Assembly: GCA_964016885.1 (NCBI GenBank)
Contig: OZ024742.1
Location: 183,768,001 to 183,832,000 of the forward strand
From: Eledone cirrhosa
Lineage: Eukaryota
Length of the DNA: 64,000 nucleotides
Direction: 5' to 3'
Under the pieces are notes generated by a model that did no database searches, had not been told where the DNA came from, and worked only from the letters and a program-made list of their open reading frames with translations. Position numbers and translations under genes: made by a program. Positions 54,824-64,000 of this stretch are shown here, in pieces; positions within the stretch are counted from its first letter, which is position 1; each line of letters begins with the position of its first letter.

Positions 54824-55896
54824 GATTACAATGTATTTAGTCCGGGACTTGATTGTGTCTTGCAATTGATCAACAGATATTCCAATGATATTTACCGCAT
54901 CAATTTCTACTCATCGCAACATAATGAGTGAAGACGTGTAGCTTAGGAGTTAAGGTGTTCTTGGGCAAGAGATTTTATTTCTCGTTGTTCCATTTCACTT
55001 TACTGGCGGTGGGGAAGAGGTGGTACCAAGAATTCAACTAACTAGCTTTGTTACACACTACTTCACGCTGAATCTCCCTGAAAACTATATCCTAGGGTAT
55101 AAGGGTTTGTGGAATGATCAATCACATGCGTATTAATTTCACAACCAGGATGTTCGGTTGTTCGAACACCTGGAGCACTCATCGCTGGAACCGACTGAGG
55201 TCCAACAACGATATGAGAAACAGATTCTGTGATTTACGTATAAATAGCACATACTCTAGTAAAAACACTAATCGGAACACCTTTCTAAAAGTAATATCAA
55301 TGACAAAAATAGCATCTTAAAGATTTTCAAGCTGAATAATATTTCAAATTAAGTCGCAGATTATGTTATTGTGACCTACTTTCAGCGAAGTACAATGCAG
55401 TTTAATTTCACTTTTAAATGGCCACCATAAATTCCTTGCACATGTTAGCTAGTTCTACCAGAAATAGTATTAATGAATTGTTTTCAAATTTTTGAAATGT
55501 TAAATATGAATTTTAAAAGATTAATCATAGTAATGTACTATAACCCTACAATGTCTAAAGAATGCTACATGGTGCTACACACGTGTTCTGTTATTTACAT
55601 TACTCATTACTTCGAATAATGGAATAACTTTCTATTCAAACTCTGTTTACTTTTATAATTATTTTCAACTGATACACAAATTTCACCTAGTGACATAGTT
55701 ATTATATATATATATATAGACAGAAATGATAATCCTTGGAGTAAAATTAGCTTAAATTTAATCATTCGTATGGAACCAGCTTAACCCGTATATGACTGTG
55801 TTTTTAATGAAATACACTGTATACTACATAATTAAATAAAATTTGGAGGGATTTACTAAAATTATTATTGTTTCATTATTATGGCGGTATTTATAG

Positions 55897-56186
55897 CAGT
55901 GGATTGGCAGTATCGGAAGAGCGTCGGACAAAGTGCTTTGCAGCATATAGTTACGTCCCTTTACATTCTGAATTCAAATTCCGCCGAAGTTAGCTTTGTC
56001 TTTCATCCTTACGGGGTCGATGAAATAAAGTACCAGTAGCGTACTAGGGTCGATTTAATCGACTTTCTCCTCCCCCAAAGTTAGTGGCCTTGGGCATAGC
56101 CTTTCATCCTTACGAAGTCGATAAAATAAAGTACCAGAAAATTACTGGGTAATTGCTGGCTTTGTGCCAAAAGTAGAAACAATTAT
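55897..56186 (+). mobile_element. Long-form Meta-domain SINE followed by a truncated short-form copy
   Basis: The Meta domain occurs twice (~55980 and ~56100). Confidence 0.85.
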
Positions 56187-56875
56187 TAAGTTGGTATTTG
56201 TTACATATCAAACACATTTCTCTTGTATCAAGATGGAAGATTTTTATATAAATATGGACCTTTTAAAATGGATGGTTTTGTTACATAAAACGAAAACCGG
56301 TTTTAGGCGAGTAGGTGGAAAATCAGTTTTAAAATTAGGTGTTTTAAATAATAATTCCAGCCCCAGAGTTCAAATCGCGCCGAATTCAAATTTGCTTTAC
56401 ATCCTTTCGAGGTCGATAAAAAAAGGTACTAAGATCAATTCTTCCTTTATATATCTTTTACACTCCCCCCCCCCCATATCTCTCCCCTTCTTTAAAAGAA
56501 ATCAGCTGTTTTCAGATTCGGAGAGGTGGAGTGTCCCACCAGGTTTAAAGTGCCCAAGAAATGCCCTATTTCATTTCGGCGCCCCTACGATTCCATTATA
56601 TATTACAATCAATTTGTAATAACAAAGCAAGAGCGAAATTCAAAATATATTTATTTATTCTTCTTACATGGTTTTTAAAGAAGCGACCAATCAAATTGCC
56701 TATTGTGTTTGTAATGTATGATTTGTAGAACTAATTAACGGTTATTCATGTTGACAGAACTAAACAATGTCTATGTTGAACACATCAACGGATATTTATG
56801 TTGAGAAAAGTAAAGACGCAAACATACACACACACACACGCGCACACACTTATATATATATATATGTATATATGT

Positions 56876-56915
<40 letters not shown>

Positions 56916-58912
56916 ACATATACATATATATATATATATACATATATATATACATATATATATATATACATATACGCAGGCATACAGACACACACACACA
57001 AACACGCACACACTCGCATATATATATATATATATATACATACACGCACGCATACATACATACATACATACATAATACACACATACATACGTACGTACGT
57101 AATCTGCAAAATATAATACTTTCTTTTTGACACGATATAAAGCCCTAAAGCTCCATATCTCAGGGGGAGAGGAATAGGTAACTAACCGCCCTTCGCAAAG
57201 ATTTGAATAATGTTATAAAATATGGCTTCATAAAGGAATCTTTGAAGCCCAAGATTTACTTTGTCGAAAGCCATCCCTTAATATATTTTTATTTATTTTT
57301 AACTATATAAAAAAATGTACGTATTTGAGACTCCCTTAGTTTTCTTAAGAGATCTATAAGAAAAGTGAAATGGCTTCCAAACTTGATTCGAAGCAGGTTT
57401 GTAGGTGTAAGTTTTGAAGAACATCACTCGCCACTTGAAGGTTTTACAGAAAAACAATTTACATTGTGGGAAGCCTCGGTGTTTATGCCTTGATTATCTG
57501 CGTAATCTTCCTTCAATCAATATTTACGTGAGAATTATTTTTGAAAAATCTAATTTACAGCTCTGCAGATTTAGCTGGCTTTTTCCGAAGTTCCATCTGA
57601 TAGAAAGTTTCTCGAGTGTTTTAATGACAGGCCTAAGTTTTATTATGAAAAGCAACATAAAATTAAACGTCGTGCTCAAGACCACAACGTACCGCCTGGT
57701 CCAGGATTCGAAACCACGACCTTATGATCTTGTTTTTAACACCTCCAACCACGAGGCCACACGCTTTCACTGTCTGAAATTGTTTATCCCTAAAAGCTTT
57801 ACACAATTCACACTTGGCAAGAATAGTTTTCTATACGAAGAGAAGGGTTTTCTTTCTGTTTAATCTTTGTTTCTAATTTGTAATATAATTTGAACTACTC
57901 AATTCAAACACTATCTCTGATTCAAGCATTGTGACTAAATATAAGACTTTAGGAAATACAAATTACGTATTATATAAAAAGGTAACGAATTGGTGGATTT
58001 GTTTGAGCGTCTTATAGATTGTTTTGCGTTATTCTTTCAGGCTCTCTGTGCTCTGAATTCTGCTCCTGCCGAGGCCCACTTTGCCTTTCATCATCTCGAG
58101 GTTGATAAATAAGTACCAATCCAGTACTGTGTCAGTTCCTTTGTTTCCCTCTCTCACTCTCTCTAGGAAATGAACTGTCGACAAACTTGAAGAGTGATTG
58201 ACTCCTCCAAGTTTAAAATGCACACGATACAACATTGGACGGCACCCTTACGACTCTATAAGTAATTATGAGATCACTGTGATTATATAAAGAAAGTATG
58301 CATGGATATAAAGTAGCATAATTATATGTATTCATATATGTGTAAACATCTTGTTGAGTTATTATGTGAAACGAATGCTTTACAGAAAGTGTACAGAAAG
58401 TGTACAGCGTATTGCATAAGTTGACAAATATAAACATGTCATTACATATTGGAAATTGTAATTAGCATATTGGAAATTGTAATTTTCTGATTAATAGTGC
58501 TCTTGGTGTTAGCTAATCTAATTAATTACTAAAACCGATACTAAGCAACTAAAATTTAAGATAAACACATAGATATAGAGAAACAATACATAATGTAAGC
58601 TGTGTAATGTCTGAATACACTGACAGATGTAAATATGTAGTTCTCAGTGGACAGAAAAAAAAGTGATTGTTTGTGGTCTGACTCAAGTTTGAATCTGTAT
58701 TGGGGTCTTTGTTAGACATTGTGTACATCTTATTCTTCGCTTAGTGTAGTGTTTAGTATTTAATTGAATTGGTTACTAGCAAATACACTATTTTACACGA
58801 CTTTAAATTGAGATGGCGTATGTGCTTAGCTGACCATAATTTTTAATGACTAGCAAACAATATTTGTAATTTTCTACTATTGCCAATAGTAAAAAAATAT
58901 AGCTTCTTAAAT

Positions 58913-59322
58913 AATTGTTTCTACTTTTGGCATAAGGCCAGCAATTATCCCAGGGTATTACTAGTACTTTATTTTATCGACCACATAAGGATGAAAGGCA
59001 AAGCTAACCTCGGCGGGATTTGAACTCAGATCATAAAGGGCCGTAACTCTTTGCTGCAACGCATGGCGTCCGACTCTCTGCCGATACTGCCAATCCACCA
59101 GCTTCATAAATAATGGTTTCTGATTTAGGCACATTTGGGAGAAATGGGAAAGTCGATTAAATTGGCCCCAGTGCGTTACTGGTAATTTATTTTATCGACC
59201 ACATAAGAATGAAAGACAAAGCTAACCTCGGCGGGATCTGAACTCAGAATGTAAAGAGCCGTAACTATATACCGCAAAGCATGTTATCTGATGCTCTACC
59301 GATGCTTCCAAACCACCACCCT
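58913..59322 (-). mobile_element. Two tandem Meta-domain SINEs
   Basis: CTTC(T/A)TAAATAA is repeated at all three junctions. Confidence 0.9.
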
Positions 59323-59725
59323 TAACTTCATAAATAAAAATATTACATACATAAAGAACAATGTTTCACTAAAAAGTATAATGAAATGTCCGTGGGATTG
59401 TAAGGCTATTAGTTGCTTATTTTCCATGGGAAGAATAAGGTGACAAAAACTTCGATATAGGTTGAAGCTTGTATGAGATCATTCACATATTTTTGTGTTT
59501 GTAAAAATAAGGCCAAATGTTTACAATTGTAGGCGCATTTATTTAAACAAATCACAGTTTCCGTTAAATCTTGTACTATTTCTATACATGTAGGTGTTTT
59601 TCTCATTCTTCAGCTAGTTTAGTACATAGTTTAGTATTTAATATATTTAATCGTTTTGATACCTTCTTGAATATTACAGGTTGTCACAAATATACCTCGC
59701 TACTTTCACCTTATAACTAAACATT

Positions 59726-59788
<63 letters not shown>

Positions 59789-60645
59789 CCTCTCTCTCTC
59801 TCTCGCTCTCTCTCTCTCTCTTTCTTTCTCGCCCTCTCTCTCACTCTCTTCTTTTTTTCTTTCATTTTCTCTCTTTCTCCTTTTCTCTTCACTCTCTCAC
59901 TCTTTTTCTCTCCACTCTCATTCCCTTTCTCTCTATCTCTTTCACTATGATATACATGCTAGTTAAAATAAAAAGAAACTATCGTTATGAACAGAAATCA
60001 TTGTGTCGCTCGCAATCCAAAATAGATATGCAATGTATATACTTCCTAGAAAAACCACTCAACATCGTAAAGGAGATATTTGGCAACGTACAAAAATATA
60101 TCACGTAAGGTCAATGTGGAAAGCCTATTTATAGCAAAAATTATTTTTTATATATAAACTTTATTGACAATCCACACGAATCAATAGACATACATTCGTT
60201 TATGTTGTACCCTCTCTTGTTCTACAAATTAGTAACACTCAAGTTACTCCATATTCTCAATGTTATCTAGAACAATCGATTGTTATTCTATAGTCATTTT
60301 CTGCATTTGAGACGCTCACAGTTTCACATTTCAAACCCTCTTAACGCTTCGTAAATAATAAAGTTTGTTTACACAAATTATTTCAATATACGTTAGAACT
60401 TTGTCGGCTACGACAACGAATGTTCCAGTTGGTTGATCAACAAAGCATTCTGCTCGTGAAACCAAGGTACAAGTAGCTGGGTACACTACTAACACGTGCA
60501 CCATTTACGTACTTTTTGATATGATTTAGCGTGACATAATGTGTGATAAGGTTGAACTTTTCTATTACAGGTACAACTCATTTTTTCCAGCTGAGTGGAA
60601 TGAAACTCACAAGTTGAACAACCTAATCACTAAGCCACACACACT

Positions 60646-61050
60646 CTTTCTTCTTCTTCTTCTTTTTCTTCTTCTCCTTCTTCTTCTTCTTCTTCTTTGT
60701 CTCCTTACTCCTGGGAGGGTCGTGAGTGCAGAGTCCTCAAGTCTTTCCAGAAGCAACTGTTTCCAATTGATTTGGCTAGATCCCCAAATGAAACCAGCCG
60801 AACTCGTGCATATTATCCAACCAGCTTCCTCGCAGTCTACCCCTAGAATTCCAGGCGATTGGTTTTGTCCATAAAATATTTCCTGCGATTCTTTCCTTAG
60901 ACATTTTGACCACATGTCTGTAGTGTTGGTGCTGTGATCTCTCAATTCGGCTCTACCTGGAGTGACACTCTGATCGCCAAGCTACGCACTTTATCAGGTA
61001 ACGTAACTCCAAAGACCCTTCAGAATGAAAACTTGGCCACGTGCATTCAC
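60646..61050 (-). mobile_element. Expander-like RTE 3' fragment
   Basis: Reverse-complement similarity to 5790-6150, with a (CTT)n tail at 60646-60697. Confidence 0.8.
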
Positions 61051-61167
61051 GTTTCAATATATAATCGCAGATATAAAAAATTAAATATCCATCTCATTAA
61101 TATTTTCATGTCTAAAACTTACGATTTTCTTAAGAACATTATTTTATTCGTATAATTTTGTAAAATA

Positions 61168-62350
61168 CTAGCAGTGTATCACGGCGTTGCACGGATAAGA
61201 ACATTGGTAGTAGCACCTCCAATGAGAAACGTTTATTTGTGAGTGCCTGTTAAAAACTCACGAAAATATACCGACAGGAAACTTGTTTTATTTGGAGAAA
61301 ATTAAGATGTTGAAAGTACAGTTTAACTGTCTACGTGCATTGTTCATAGAAATATTGTTGAGCCCCTTCTTTTCATACTCCTCTGTTTTGGCCTATTGGA
61401 GTAAATGTGAAAGAGAATGTCACAGGTTAAGTTGGCAGAAGGTTCCAGTGCGATAGCAGTAATGCGTAGGCTACTTATCTCAAAAGTTCATTCGCACTCT
61501 TTCCACTAAGTTACTCTTTCTCTCTATCCCTCTTGGTGCAGTCTCTTGCGAATTTCTCGCGTAGGCCTGGTGTAGATTTGCACCCGATCTATCTACCCGA
61601 TGCACATATCCACTTTGTACGGCTTTTGGAAGAAGGTGTGACCAGCAGTACGTTGTTCGGTATTATTATGAAAAGGTGTAGCAGAGAATCCCGCGTGAAG
61701 TAACAGCTCGGGAAGAAACTGCTTACCTCGAAGATTCATTCGCCATCGTTCTTGTCAATGTTGGTATTTGTTGGTCTACAGTTAGATGAATGGCGCACAA
61801 AGGGCTAATGTTTATTGGCAAGAAGTGGCAACTGGGATGGCTTGCCTCGCTTATATTATATATTAAAATAACAGATTAAAGTTTAAGCAAAGAATCGCTG
61901 CTTTCACCCTTAACGGGATCTTCTGAAACTAAAAAAAACAATCTGCGAACACAGAAGTAAATATTTCGAAAAACGTTGCAACCGAAGGAAAACAGAAAGA
62001 CGATACTTTGGTTCGTGAAGACGTTCCCTGGCAATGAACGGAAAATAGCGAACATAATACGTCATCAATGTTTGTCAGAATGTCGTAATGCAGACAGCCA
62101 GGCATGCAGACAGATATAAGGGCGCAACGGAGATCGATAACCAGCGCCTAACACCCCTTTAACAACAGAAAATTGAAAAATAAAAGCTGCAGTTAATATT
62201 TTTAGACCGCAATATTAAATGCAAGTTAATATTTTAAATGCAAGTTTGAAGTCAATCGGAGAAGAAATGTGGATTTGTATAGACTTTTCAAAAATGAAGG
62301 CACACACACACACACACAGAGACAACTACAGTTTTATATATATGTATAGA
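61168..62350 (-). mobile_element. Non-autonomous Helitron
   Basis: Minus strand begins A|TCTATACATATATATAAAACTG, then (TG)n. It ends with the imperfect hairpin CCGTGCAACGCCGTG and CTAG|T. Inserted between A and T with no TSD. Confidence 0.8.
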
Positions 62351-62435
62351 TACTTTAAACTGAGATACCGTATGGGATTTGTTGGTTCTTAAGTAGAATA
62401 TGTTGCAGGAAAGCATGACCATTATTTCTAACAAA

Positions 62436-62623
62436 GGCGGTGGATTGGCAGTATCGGTAGAGGGTCGGACGCCATGCTTTGCAGCAAAGAATTACGGCTC
62501 TTTATGGTCTGAGTTCAAATCCCGCCAAGGTTAACTTTGCTTTTCATCCTTACGGGGTCGATAAAATAAAGTACCAGTAATGTACTGGGGTAGTTATTGG
62601 CCTTGTGGCAAAAGTAGAAACAA
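62436..62623 (+). mobile_element. Meta-domain SINE
   Basis: Family match. Confidence 0.9.
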
Positions 62624-62681
<58 letters not shown>

Positions 62682-62767
62682 GTGTGTATATATGCGTGTG
62701 TGTGTGTGTGTGTGAAGAACAATGTTTCACTAAATAAAATGTAACTGGTGTAAAAGACGACGACGAC

Positions 62768-62855
62768 GAAGAAGAAGAAGAAGAAGAAGAAGAAGAAGAA
62801 GAAGAAGAAGAAGAAGAAGAAGAAGAAGAAGAAGAAGAAGAAGAAGAAGAAGAAG
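62768..62855. repeat. (GAA)n microsatellite
   Basis: Direct reading. Confidence 0.97.
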
Positions 62856-63152
62856 ACAACATCAACAACAACAATCAGCAGCTGGATGTTATGAAATGGT
62901 AGATAATAGCTCTCTTTGTCCGTAAATCGATATCAAAAAGATGGATGGAGAGGCAGTCATTGCCCCTTTGAAAGAGACTACTAATAATCTGTTGGTGGTA
63001 ATGATGGTGGTGGTGGCGGCGGCGCCTACATAATTAATAATTCTATTTTTACTATTTCCATTCGAATAAAATGAATAGATGCATGCGGTATGATGATGGC
63101 GATGGTGATGATGATGATGGTGGTGGTGATGGTGATGGTGATAATGACGAAA

Positions 63153-63365
63153 TAATGGTTTCTGATTTAGGCACAAGGCCAGCAACTTTAGGGGAGGGGC
63201 AAGTCGATTAAATTGACCCCAGTGCGTTACTGGTACTTATTTTATCGACCCTGTAAGGATGACAGACAAAGCTAACCTCGGCGGGATTTGAACTCAGATC
63301 GTAAAGGGCCGTGACTCTATGCTGAGAAGCATGTTGACCGACGCTCTATCGATACGGCCAAATCC
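63153..63365 (-). mobile_element. Meta-domain SINE, long form
   Basis: Family match. Confidence 0.88.
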
Positions 63366-63369
63366 AAAA

Positions 63370-64000
63370 CAATTCTTCGGCCCTTAGGAAGGAGACAATG
63401 GGAAGATGTTCCTAATGTAAGCCAGGCCAAGAGTTCTGGAATGGGATATGAGGAAACACTGTAATGCATTAAAAGGATACCGAGTGGATAGAAACCATCA
63501 AGACAGAGTACCGAGGAGAAAATAGACAGAGGGACATTACCATAAGTACAGTTGATGTGAAGGATCAAGTAGCCAAGGTACCAAAGTGGAAAGCTCCTGA
63601 TCCAGATGGAACCCATGGCTTTTGGTAGAAGTGATGTAAATGAAAAAATGGCAACTTAATTGAATGAAGATGTTCAGAGAGGTGCATTTCTCTCGTGGTA
63701 ACAGGAAGAACAACGTTTATAATAAAGACTAACTTGGAGTCTTGCTATGTAATCCTTGGAAAAGTAAAAATTAAAAGGGGTATCATCCAAGGTGACTCTT
63801 TTCACCATTACTATTTGTCATTGCCATTATACCTATAACACTGACACTTAGGAAAGTTAAAATGGGTTACTAATGTGGAACGAGAGGACCATTCATAAAC
63901 CATCTTCTGTTTATGGGTGTTTTAAAACTGTTTGGGAAGATTCTTTATTTAAAACAGTTCAGATGTGTAGCAGTGATATCGGTATGGAATTTGAGATCTC
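63370..64000 (+). mobile_element. Decayed R4/Dong-type LINE reverse transcriptase region, running off the window
   Basis: Interrupted frames give KWKAPDPDGTHGFW, KIKRGIIQGDS, SPLLFVIAIIP, INHLLFM and SSDIGMEF. Confidence 0.88.

Noticed and set aside
56164-57863. ORFs of ~150 aa at 56164-56619 and 57414-57863
   Set aside because: They run through SINE-derived sequence and have no domain motifs.
62515-63185. Poly-Ser and poly-His ORFs
   Set aside because: They derive from (GAA)n and (GAT/GGT)n trinucleotide repeats and SINE sequence.

Overview
AT-rich, microsatellite-saturated animal DNA, non-coding or intronic. The SINE repertoire points to an octopod cephalopod; this is inferred from recalled repeat families, not from a search. 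No recognisable host gene is present, and nearly all listed ORFs are (TA)n/(TG)n/(GAA)n artefacts. The window holds roughly 45 copies or fragments of a tRNA-headed Meta-domain SINE (many with clean TSDs, stacked or nested), CORE-type SINEs, decayed LINE pieces from several clades (RTE, R4/Dong, CRE, L1/Tx1), a ~1.2 kb non-autonomous Helitron, TA-flanked MITEs and three minisatellites. The main finding is several unrelated short elements in or beside (TA)n tracts that carry hammerhead-ribozyme motifs. One type I fold is complete at 2624-2706, and a three-copy minimal-hammerhead family lies at ~6.5, 12.8 and 27.1 kb. These resemble Penelope-like or retrozyme termini and co-occur with repeated fold-back inversions. 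All structures were read by eye, and element boundaries without a TSD are approximate.
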